Part shown: piece after piece, positions 24,197-35,146 of the stretch
Position numbering within the stretch: the stretch's first letter is position 1
Layout of the letters: the number at the start of each line of letters is the position of its first letter
NCBI GenBank assembly: GCA_010405405.1
Contig: MU004247.1
Coordinates: 186,001 to 250,000 of the forward strand
Length of the DNA: 64,000 nt
Reading direction: 5' to 3'
DNA from: Microthyrium microscopicum
Taxonomy: Eukaryota
Made by a program: the position numbers and the translations under genes
The notes under the pieces: model-generated
Seen by the model: only the letters and a program-made list of their open reading frames with translations
What the model was told of the DNA's origin: nothing
Database searches by the model: none

Positions 24197-24920
24197 TTGG
24201 CGTTGGAGTGCCAGCAAACTCGTTGGTGCAATCGAGCTGGCATCAACAGCGCTGACCCTAAGAACCGTGTGTTTTCTGGTAAACACTAGACAATGCCGGA
24301 TTGAATCGATAAGAGAGGATGCTTTGATCTTGTGCAACTGCTGGGCAACCTGTTTACCTCGCTGAGAATTGTGCAGTGACTGTAATAACATTGCAACTTA
24401 CGCCCTGAGTAGGGGCCTCTGGCGAGACGGAGCATGCAACTTGTTGACATACGCAAACACTGAACATCTGCGGAAAGCATAAGCACCACTGAGCATTCTA
24501 GTTCCTTTTTAGGCGTTGGATGGCCTGTCGTTGACACACAATTGTACAGTGACTAGAATAGCATTACAATCGAACCAGATTGGGGGCTCTGACGAAAAAG
24601 AGTAAACTACTGTTAGCCTTTGGCAAGCACTGAACGCCTACCTACAGTCTGAGCACCAGAGATTGCTCTGATCTCTTTCAATCGCAGAATCTGATGTCGA
24701 TTGACCCATAAACGTGCAGTGACTGAGATGACATACTGAGGCGTAGCAGATCCAGGAACTTTGATTTTCGACCTTCTATGCCGGTTCGTTGCAAACACTG
24801 TATGTCCGTGGACTTTCTACATAACAATAAACGATACGTTTACTTACAATTGCCTGGCTAGTAGTAGAATGATGCGTAAGTTTGCAGTGACTGAGATGTC
24901 GTTACAAAATGGGGCATATG
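24197..24920. repeat. Degenerate ~170-bp tandem array (about 4 units plus a partial one)
   Basis: The CAGTGACT block recurs near 24372, 24545, 24716 and 24884. A GCAAACACTG-like block recurs near 24279, 24453, 24623 and 24791. Units 2 and 3 align end to end. Confidence 0.7.
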
Positions 24921-25257
24921 GGGAATTGTCGTCAATTACACACGTTTAATTAGACGTTCATCAGTGTAGAGAATGATGGGATGTATCATGAATTTCTCTT
25001 CTCCTAAACGATGTATCAAGACGAATAAAATCGACGACGAGCCAAAAAGATTATGTAACGCTCACAATGACAAGACCAGAACACAATACGCACATTTCTA
25101 GTATTCCAATGCAAATCGAAGCATTTCTGCATAAGAGTTTATTCTTTACAGCTTGATTATGGTATCATTCAAAAGCAGCCAAGCTACTCCGCGATGCAAT
25201 GCAGTATGCAATATCAAAACATAATATATCTTCAAATAGCCTTCAATCACCTCTATC

Positions 25258-26663
25258 TCAGTAATAACCCGTATCCCGCCGCGATCCAGGTTTATCATCC
25301 CGAGCATTCACCAAGCGCTGATGTAGTCCAGCCGCCGGCGTACTAGCCCGCTTCAATGGACTGCCTTCGCGCTTCCGCCCATCTGTACCTGGATTATGAC
25401 GCAGGATATTCGACGATGCTGCTTTTCTCAGCGGTGATGCGGCATGAGTATAGACGCCAAGACTACCTCCGTCGCCTGAACCAGTGCTAGCATATTGTGG
25501 TCTATTGGACTGGAGTGGAGGCGCGTGTCGGATTGGTGATGATTGGTCCGCTGGGCCAGAGGGTGCAGCACTTGAGGGAAAGCCGTATGATTGTGCGCTT
25601 GGAGTGACAAGTGGTCTTGAGCGCTGGGAATCTTGCGCTCCGAGGTTTTGGGGATCGTAGTGTGATGCATATGCAGTGTTTGGTGCGGTCCGGAAGCCAC
25701 GAGGACTGACATATGGACTGCCCGATACCACTTCCGCGACGGCGCCCCATTCGCGCTTGTCCTGATCCCATACTGGTCCTGGATGTGGGAATTGGATGCC
25801 AACGTCTCTAACGGGTCGTTTGTGGGCGTTTGGCTGAACGAATTTGGTATCATATTCTTTGCTGACTTGTTGGGTAATGACTGCCGCGTCTTTGCTTTTT
25901 TGTTCGAACTTTGTTTGTAGGACATAGCCTTGCAGACTGAGCAAAGCACAGAGCGCAATTGTTTGTATTACGGTTACGCTCGGACGGGGGTCAAGTTGTG
26001 AATATGGGAGAAAGAGCCATGTGATGCCAACGTGGCCGGGAGAAAATAGTACGAACAGTCGCAAGCAAACGCTAGGAGGATCCCAAGCTAATATTTCCCA
26101 TACGTCATCATTGTCGTCTGGATGAGCTCGAGATTGGGCAGAAGGAGTTGCTAGGTCTGCGAGGAAGCGGAATGGGGTAGCTAGAGAAGGAGAAGATGTG
26201 ACTTTGACCCGTCGGGCGGAAGGTGTGGCAGGCGGAGCGTTGATGTTGACATGAAAGAGTCTATATGGTTTCGATGATTGGTAGGCGAAGAAGGCATTGA
26301 CAAGTGAGAATGTTGTGAGAACCCAGACTATGAGGGTACACTGGTAACAAGTCAGTCATTATCATATAGCTCCATAGCTCAGTAAGTACTTACCAGACCG
26401 CTGAAGTATGCGCCTGTTGATCTACTGTAGTCGACGAAGATGTCATCTCCATGAGACTTTAAAGTAGAATTGACCCGAGCGAATATAAGAAGGAGGTTTA
26501 GAGATATGCCGATAGTGTTGGACCATGTTTTGTTGAATTGCTCCCAGTCTTGAGAAGCTAGTTCCTCCGACAGCCAGAGAGCTACTTCAGAGGGATGGAG
26601 CCAGGCATTGAGTCGTTGCGCTAGAGGTGCGCGTCGAACATGTCGCGTAGGTTGTGGAGGCAT
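25258..26663 (-). CDS. NUR1: Nuclear rim protein 1 / Mug154-like (DUF2418) inner nuclear membrane protein
   Basis: N-terminal RHVRRAPLAQRLNAWLHP..LWLSEEL, TM segments, PATPSARRV, WDPPSVCLRLFVLFSPGHV, QVSKEYDTKFVQP; intron 26341-26393. Confidence 0.8.
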
Positions 26664-26972
26664 GATGTATGGATGGAACGCTGTCAATATCGCAGCTATG
26701 AGATTAGAACGGCCATGAACTAGAAATTGTAAAAAAGCAACTTGATGCGGGGGATGGGTGTTGGTGAGGTCAATATAATCAGACCAGGAACAAGGAGAGA
26801 ATTGAGGATGGAAATAATAACAAAGGCCTCCACCTCTTTTTTTCGACAGGGGTGCTCCTTTGTAGATCACAGCCCCCACTAGCCTCGATATAGCCCCTCC
26901 ACCCCCACCGGCTCTATCTTGAGCTTGAGCTCCAGGTCTCTCTTCAACTTCACCGTTCCCTTCTCCACCAAG

Positions 26973-27493
26973 ATGGCTGCTCCTCCAACGGCCTATAAGG
27001 ACAGACAGTTCCTCGCTGTAATTGGAGACGAGGTATTTCTATCCTTCACTGGTGCTATGTTTTCGACTAACCAAACACAGGACTCAGTGACCGGCCTTTT
27101 GCTTGCTGGTGTAGGCGTATGATAGCTCCCAAATACACCTCAAAGACATGGCTAATACCACCTTTCAGCATGTCAATCCACCTCCCGACTCTCAGAAGAA
27201 CTTTCTAGTCGTAGACGCAAAGACGGAAACCTCGGCAATAGAAGCTGCCTTTGACAACTTTACCCAACATCGCAAAGACATTGCTATTCTTTTGATAAAC
27301 CAACATGTCCGTCAACCGAATCCCTTGCGCTTTATCTTCTAACGTATATCAGATCGCCGAGAGGATACGGTACAAGGTCGATGCGTACACTGCTGCTTTC
27401 CCTTCACTATTAGAGATTCCATCAAAGGACCATCCATATGATCCAGATAAGGATAGCGTTTTGAAGCGCGTGAGAAGACTTTTCGGAGATTGA
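26973..27493 (+). CDS. VMA7: V-type proton ATPase subunit F
   Basis: [22 protein letters not shown]...[16 protein letters not shown]...[25 protein letters not shown]; introns 27033-27080, 27117-27168, 27307-27352. Confidence 0.96.
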
Positions 27494-28353
27494 TCTGGAT
27501 ATACATTCTGCGGGCTTGGTATGGTGAACAGCAATTGTCAATACTCATTTACTCGGCGGCAATTTCCTCTTCTATGAGATACCAGTTCTGTCCGAAAATG
27601 TTTGTCTTATGGACACTAATACATGCAACCGCTTTTGCTGAAATACTTCTCGTGGGCTCTTAAGCATCGAACACGATGGCAAAACTCGACTCTCCTAGTG
27701 GACAAATTAGCCAAATTACTACCGCGATCATTGTATTCTTTGTGATGCAGCCTTGGGCATCGAAACATGCATGTTACCATGTCCCCTAACATGCAGTCGC
27801 TTGACATCCTCCTGATTCGTGCCTTCCGGTAAACCCCCAGAGTAAAGAGCGCTCCAAGTCCATTATCAGGCTGGCGAGGATCGATCAACTGATAGTCTGC
27901 TGTCCTGCCCCAATTTTTCCAGTCATGCACTAGGAGCCATAATGGTGCATCATCCAATATTGCTACTTTACGCGTAATATGCCAGTGAAACTCTAGGTCT
28001 TCAATACGAGGAAACACATTCTTTGTGAGTATCTTTCAGCCAGTCATGCTCTTGTAAATGTAACTCTCTAGCATCGAAAACCAGGTCTATGACCATTTGC
28101 TAACGACAGCACTTCATTCTGTATACCGGCTGCCTTGAGTTCTGGCGCTGCCTTACTTCTCTCTCTTCCCCTCCCATCAAGCCTGTCATATTGCAACAGT
28201 CGTTACTGCTGTAATGATTGCCGATACGGATTTCTTGCCAGTACAGATGCCCTGTTTCTCCTCTCTCCAAACTTTGTAAACATTCAATTCATCACCCATA
28301 TCATCAAAGCATACAGTAATATCAACAACGCTTTACCACCATCATACTTAACC

Positions 28354-29694
28354 ATGTCTTCCCCAGTCGAAGAAGAAGAAGCCGCTTCTCCTGACTGCAC
28401 CACCGCCTCTCTCTCACCCGAGCGAGTCCACAGCCACGACGAAGACTCCCCTCCCGACACCAATCCATCTACTAACAGCAATCCATCTACCAACAGCGAC
28501 CACACCAACAGCCATTCATCAAGCAACGACGCCGAGATCAACAGCGATGAGATCTTCAGCCCATGTGACGAAGACCCCGAAGTCCTCACCATCCCCAAAC
28601 GTCGCCACGGAACTCGCTTGTCGAAGGCTCTCCGTCGAATCTCCAGCTCCCTCCGCCGAAACCGCGCCCACGCCCCAGAGCCAGAGAGCAGTACATCAAC
28701 CACCATCCACAAACGCAAGCCCAGCAGTACCGTTCCCTCCGATGCCGTCCTAAGTGGCAAACGCTCACGCAGAACATTGTCCTTCGCAAGATATAACACC
28801 CCTATTTCACACCGAGGTCTCATGAACGCCGATGCCTGTAATCAAGCCCAAGTGAAACCCTACCCAACCGGTGAAAACGATGATACGGAATCGATTGGTG
28901 ACGAGGATTACATACCATCAACAAGTCCATCAACCCAGCAAATCACGCCCCACCACCTTCAAACTTCCCACCACAATCTTGAGGAGAGCTCGCACAAATG
29001 TATAAACACACACCTCCTACATCTTGCTCTGTCCCGCGAAGCCAAACACTCCGCCAACAGAGAAGCTGAAATTACTGCGTATCAAAAACGAATTCATGCT
29101 CTCGAATTACAGAACTTGGAAACGAAATTCGAGTTGCGTCTAGCTCAGATCCGTGAATCACTGTCCTTGGATATCAACAAACTTTCCGTTGAGCTCGACA
29201 AGGCACAATCTACACGAGAGACACTGCGAGAGAAGGCTAGTCAAGCGAGCCTCAAAAGCCAAGTTGGTGGGTACGCAGAGACTGGGCTGGGGTATGGAGC
29301 GAATGGTGCGAATGCTGTGTGGCCGATATATCCGAGTGTACAGCCTATGTATGCTACGGCATCATTTCCACAGAGTAATGGGTTTGCGCAGACATATCAA
29401 CCACCCGCTACCGTCCAGGTCCAACCACAGGGGACTTTCCCGCAAGGTGGTGTAGGTCAGCAGGAGAGACAGTCTGCATGGGGTGAATATGCGAATACCT
29501 ATGCCAATACGTATACGGATGCGAATACCTATGCGGATGCCAATACTTACGCGGGTCCAAGTGGATATGCGGGTCCAAGTGGCCCATTGGAAAGTGATGG
29601 CACGAACAGCGGTGAAGGTACTGGAAGTGATGACTTGGCGTATACACTCAAGAGTCCGGATTTCACGAGATATGTCGAGTATCAGGGACGGTGA
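28354..29694 (+). CDS. Hypothetical disordered protein with central coiled coil
   Basis: Long ORF; first in-frame ATG 28354 (MSSPVEEEE). Heptad-like segment EITAYQKRIHALELQNLETKFELRLAQIRE...; short tandem YANT/DANTY/YAGPSG repeats near the C-terminus. Confidence 0.7.
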   Translation: MSSPVEEEEAASPDCTTASLSPERVHSHDEDSPPDTNPSTNSNPSTNSDHTNSHSSSNDAEINSDEIFSPCDEDPEVLTIPKRRHGTRLSKALRRISSSLRRNRAHAPEPESSTSTTIHKRKPSSTVPSDAVLSGKRSRRTLSFARYNTPISHRGLMNADACNQAQVKPYPTGENDDTESIGDEDYIPSTSPSTQQITPHHLQTSHHNLEESSHKCINTHLLHLALSREAKHSANREAEITAYQKRIHALELQNLETKFELRLAQIRESLSLDINKLSVELDKAQSTRETLREKASQASLKSQVGGYAETGLGYGANGANAVWPIYPSVQPMYATASFPQSNGFAQTYQPPATVQVQPQGTFPQGGVGQQERQSAWGEYANTYANTYTDANTYADANTYAGPSGYAGPSGPLESDGTNSGEGTGSDDLAYTLKSPDFTRYVEYQGR

Positions 29695-30076
29695 TGGAGG
29701 AGTCGACGGTGCAGAGAAGGGAGGGCAGATTTTTGGTTGTTGAGAAGGGGAAGAGGAGAAGAGTCTGGGATGACGGGCTTTGTAAATGGAGGGTTGGTGG
29801 AGTTTGTGAATGGAGGGTTGATGGAGAGAAAAGTAAACTCGGGATATGGCATTGCGGAGGTATTCTTGCCATGAAGGATAGATATTGCTACACTAGGATT
29901 GAATTAATTGACATTCTCTGACGCCACTGCGCTTCCATCTCTTAACTTAAAAGTAATGCATTGCGCCGTCCCAAATTTATTTATTGCGGTTTGGAGTTGA
30001 GGTATAAATACAACCAGATAAGAAAAATGCCGATCATAGTTATGACTGGAGGGGCCCATCTCAAAGTATAGAGGTT

Positions 30077-30933
30077 CTAACCTCTGGAGAATTGAACCTG
30101 GGATTTCGTCAGTATAAGTATTGCGTTTGTGCGAGGCATAGCACTCGAGCAGGAGAGAAGAAACTATCTCTTCGTCGTGAAACTAGCAAAACTCGTAACG
30201 GTAGCCACCACAAGCTTGCAGTAATTCGAATATCGTCGAGATAAGTGGTTCACGCGGATTATAGTCTTACCTGGGCTTGTAGACAGGTAATGCGCTCATC
30301 ATCAGCAGTAAACACATCAGCGAGGACGGTGTATTTTCCCTGAATGAAATGTTAGATTGTGTAGCCAAAGATTGCGAATCGGATAACGTACGGGTGGGAT
30401 CTGTTGAGGGAGATCAACGTCTTTGGTGACCACGAGAGGTCCCTTTTTGAGTGGGCACTCGAGGTCAACGTTCTTGACTTGCTCGCAGAGATCAATGGTC
30501 GTCTTGATGAGCGTGATGAGGCCGTATTTCACTTGTATTGCTATGTAGGCGCCCTCGCCGACTGGCTCGTTTAGGGTGCCGGAGGCGGCGATTGTGAGTG
30601 GTACGCCACTGGATAAAGAAATAATGTTAGTACTTGGCTTTGAATTGTGTATTGGTATGAAGTGTTATTGAGTCCGTGAAATATAGTGGTGGGGAGATAG
30701 GTAATGGAGTGGACGTACGCTTTTGGTGGATTTGGAGAGATGTCGACATTGTCGATCTGTAGAATGTATTTGCTTGGTTCTTCGCAAAATAGTAGCGGAT
30801 TGTCTCCTGGGACTGGGTTTGGCTCGTCGGCTGAGAGGCGGATTTGGCCTTGTGTGTTGCTGGAACTGAAGAGAGAGATCGCAGAGGCCGATACGGCGAG
30901 GGGGAGGACGGGCAGGAGGCGTGCAAACAGCAT
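30077..30933 (-). CDS. NPC2: ML-domain phosphatidylglycerol/phosphatidylinositol transfer protein (NPC2 family)
   Basis: Signal peptide, VPGDNPLLFC, VDISPNPPK, VKYGLITLI...DLCEQ...DLECPL, IPPGKYTV; introns 30609-30718, 30340-30391, 30098-30270. Confidence 0.92.
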
Positions 30934-31556
30934 GATGTCTACTGCCGGAGAACAAAGAACTGGTCGTGGAGGAGAGAAGAGTATCAGAGATCACAAACAC
31001 TGGCTGATATGGGATTGGGCAGAGTTGTAATGGTTCCTGAAGGTGTTTTATTTGAGGTGGCGGGTTGTTGGTTGAGATGTTGTTGGAGTTGAAGACAGGG
31101 AAGGAAGCTAGGCGGTCGTCATGAGGAAGGCACAACCTGCAGGGAAGGAGCTGCCATGTGCCGCTACACGAGCCAATAAGCGCCCTGTTCTCTTGTCCCT
31201 ACTGCTCAAGACTGCTGACGTCGTGTTTCTCTCTGCATTTTACTGCTTGTTAAAGAGATGCAGGCACCCCCGCGATATATCTACCGTCCCGCTGGGAAGC
31301 TTGAGGTGTTTGTTATTCTGGAAAGTAGCCGTACGCAAGCTGGACGCTGCTGGTGATGATACGGCGGAGGTTTGACTAGGAGGTATTTGTAGTAGCGGCC
31401 GAAATAGCCTCTTGCTCCAGGCTAGGTACTAGACGTTTCGCTTCAACACCACAAGTTCCACACCCACCACAAAAAACATTTCTCTCGAAATCCCAAAGCT
31501 ACTCTGAGTTGTGCTCCTCGTATCGAGCTCAATACTGCGGAGCTTTTTCCCTCGCA

Positions 31557-34500
31557 ATGGCGAGCCAGAACGCATATCTCAAATACAAACAAGACCAGCG
31601 TCATCTTGTCCGCTGGCTGCTCAATTGCTCCAACAAAATTCTGAAGTTGTCATTGGAACCCGAATGCCAGCGTGAGTTGATGATAGTACCAGCTCGCCCA
31701 ATGCAACGGATCTGATCCGCTATCATGATTCTCCAATGGTAAAGAACAAAACTAAAATGTCATTTTCATAGTCAAGGTCAATACTACTGGCGAACTCAAC
31801 ATCAAAGAATTCGTACCTGTTTCTAGCCTCGTGGCGAAGCATGTAGATCCGGTTCCGTCCACTATCTACACTCTACTGCAGGTATGCCCTTAGAGCCCCA
31901 GGACTTAGTACTACTTAATCCTATTGGGATCTTGTTAGATGCTAACTGAATGACTCACAATAGTCTGTGATAGCTGCTCGGATTAAGTTTAACGCAATTT
32001 ATGCAGAGATAGCAGCGAACAAACCAGACCCAGAAATTGAACGGAAGAATGTTGGCCATAAAAAATTCATTGACGTCCTAACTGACGCTTTCAACATCTT
32101 GGGAGGCGAAAAGTGGGATCGAGAGCGAAAAGCGTCGACCAGTTCGAGCGAGGAAGAAGACCTAGATGAAGTCATCTTTGCGAACAAGTTTAGTATGCTA
32201 AACGTCAACGATGAAGAGGAGAAAGAGGACGCAAGTGATGAAGAGGATGAGCCAACTAGCAATGCTACAGGTTCGCGTCCTATGACCAAGCCCAGAAGCA
32301 AAGCCAAGAAGCGCAAAGGTGGGAAGAAAAAAGGCAAGCCCAAGTTCAAGCCAGCTGCAAAAGAGTCCAATCTCGACGGAGTGCCATTGGAAAGCTACCG
32401 CATTATCGACGACGAAGATGGAATCGTCACCGAATATCTCATGTCTCTCTATTCCTTTGTTCACCAATGGATCGAACTCCGAGATTATATTCAAAAGGTC
32501 TGGCGTCAAGTCTCCTATCAGAGCCTCAATAGTGCAGTGGCGGCAGAAGTTTCCAGCCTTGCCATTGCAATGGTCAAAAAAGCGCAAAATCAAATCTGGA
32601 TAGATTTCCCCAACCACGAGAACTATTACACGATCATGAATACCATTACTCGTGGAGATATAGAGAAGGCACAGAGCAATTATGGTCTCGTTCTGCATCG
32701 GATTGGACCGGACGGCAAGACATCCGAAAAGGTCCAACAGGTCAATGTTGATCTGAAAGAACAATTTTCCATACACACATATCAGACTCTGCTGGCTTTT
32801 GTCAAGGATTTCCAGAACACCCGTACCGGAAAGCCAACCAAGTCCATGCTCGCTGAGATCAAAAACTGGGATCCCAACTTTAATCTCCAACAAGCCAACA
32901 ACGAGCAACGATTGAAATGGCGCCGGGCTTATACCATCAACTGGCTGTATGACCTAGTCAATGTCTTTGCATCCATTGTTACTCAACGAATTTCTATGCA
33001 AGGACAGAAGATTGTGCTCGAAAAGGTGGACTGGTCTCCCAATGGACCTTGGGATGATCATCGCAGACTATACGGCTTGAATGAGGTATGTGATATTATC
33101 TCTAGACGCTTGCCCTGCACCAGCCAATTGTGGTTAAAAATGCACCTTTGATTTTTTGAGACTAATCTGATTGCCTTAGTTTGCTGGCGAGATCACTTGG
33201 CTTGCGATGCAGACGCCTGGTACCGATATTCAGCAGAAAATACTGCCTCACACGGTCTTCCAACTCCAGTAAGCTTCGCTCTATGACATGTGTTTTCTTA
33301 TCCAGGTTTCAACGTTTGGATCGAAGGTCCGCCAACAATATGAAAGCTGACTTTATGACACTACAGGTGCATTGTAGACTCTTTGGCGACCTCTCGAGGA
33401 TGGACACTACATCCTTTAAGAGGCCATGTCCTGTATCCTCCTGCTCGGAGATTTCGCCCTCGAAGAGACGTTGATCTCTTCATGGATCGCGAAAACAAAC
33501 GGCCCAACCATGGTTACTGCCACGGTGTTGACATTTTGAAACAACTCTATAACAAGGACGCAGCACTGCATAGAAACCCAGCTCGTCATGAAGCCTCGGC
33601 AGGTCTGCTTACCATATTTCGTCAAGACTTTATCAACTGGCTTGGGGCATCAAAGTATCAAAGCGGGCTAACGAATGTTCCCCCATCACGCTTCACGAAC
33701 ACAAACTCAAATGGCTTGTGGGAGTATTCGCCGGCATTGTGTGGTTTTGGTCTTATGGAGGCATTGGACCTATCCTTCACCATGGGTCTCACTCTTATGG
33801 ACCGAATTCCTGAGCCATTGTGTCTCATACACTTGCACAACCTGCTAGTCCAGAAAGGCTATATCATTCAGCCAGTAGGATTCTATGCTACTATGGCGGA
33901 GCTTTACCCCGAGGCGTTTTTTGCTGATGGGAAAGCGCCAACGTCAAATTTCCAGGAAGCTTTCAGAGCCCATTGCAGCCGACCTCGAGCCCGCGGGCAA
34001 AATGCGCGACGATCTATGTCCAACTATACGAATTTCTCTCGAATCTTGAATCAAATGGAAAATGACAACTTCAAAACCAAGTCATTGCTTCGAATCTTTC
34101 GCGAGGCAGGTTGGGATGCGGACCGAGTGTCCGAGGCAGATATCCCAATCATGTCTATATTATGGATGCTACGCATCGGTCAAATCAAGCTAATCACTGA
34201 CCCGGCTACCGGTGAGAAAGTGCTGCCCGATACAGAACTTGTGCGCCGCAGCAAAGCCAAGTTACCTGAGAAGGCTTTACTGCAAATTACTGGCATATGG
34301 GAGAAGCAAGCAAAGCAACAGGACGAGCCTATTCCAGAGGAACTCATGAAAACACTCATGAAAGACATGGCCGGCTATAAGACTGGTCCTGCTTATAAAG
34401 GACCTGGCGGTATGCGTGATTTGACCGGCTCGCAGTTGCTGGATTTCCTCAAACTTGATTTCGTCTCCGATATATGTGGTTCACGACCGCTGTCTAGTAA

Positions 34501-35146
34501 GCTGCCTCCTTTGACAATATCTTGCTTTACAAGTGATGTCCGGTCAAAGATTTGATTCGTACATTACTTAGCAACTCAAAGCTATGTCCGACTTGTCTGA
34601 GTTGCACTTGCTAACTCTCCTTTTCTCACAGGTCTCAATTACGTCTGGGCCAAAAACTTATTTTTCTTAGCATTCACGGGGATTGAACGTCGGTAAGTCC
34701 TATCATTAATCACGACATGTATCATCCATTATACAGTGCCAAACTGACTTATCAATTTGTACAGCCTAGAAGAAGTGCAAAACCCTATGTGGAAGATGGC
34801 ATACCAGACCTCGTCAATGGCAGGCGAGAAGAGACTATCTTTAACAACAATGGTATGAATCCTTCCTCTCCCACTTTGCATACACTGTGACTTATACCAC
34901 CATCCTCCAATACCATCCAAATTACAATGAAACTGTCATGTTGACCATAGGCAGATACTGTCTGAGCAAGATGAAGAATGCTTGGAAATTATAGCCGATG
35001 TGCTTACAGATCCAAGAGCTGGCTTCATGCAGTTCATCTACTGGGAAGACTTGCACGATGACTATAGCAGTGGTGGTCTTGACCCTGATAGTGAAGATCC
35101 CATTGGCGATGATCCTCGCAATGGGAGTCTATGTACGGTCATGTAA
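31557..35146 (+). CDS. DUF6604-like fungal helical protein ending in CaaX (CTVM)
   Basis: An 8-exon model reconstructed in frame through canonical GT-AG introns. The N-terminal Y.KYK.DQ..LV.WL, VP..I...LQSVI.AR and H.KFIDVL..AF.ILGG pattern resembles DUF6604. The last exon ends GSLCTVM*. Confidence 0.75.

Noticed and set aside
27616..28070. 133-aa minus-strand ORF with an upstream in-frame stop
   Set aside because: No suitable ATG start and no recognisable motif; could be a pseudogene fragment but is unsupported.
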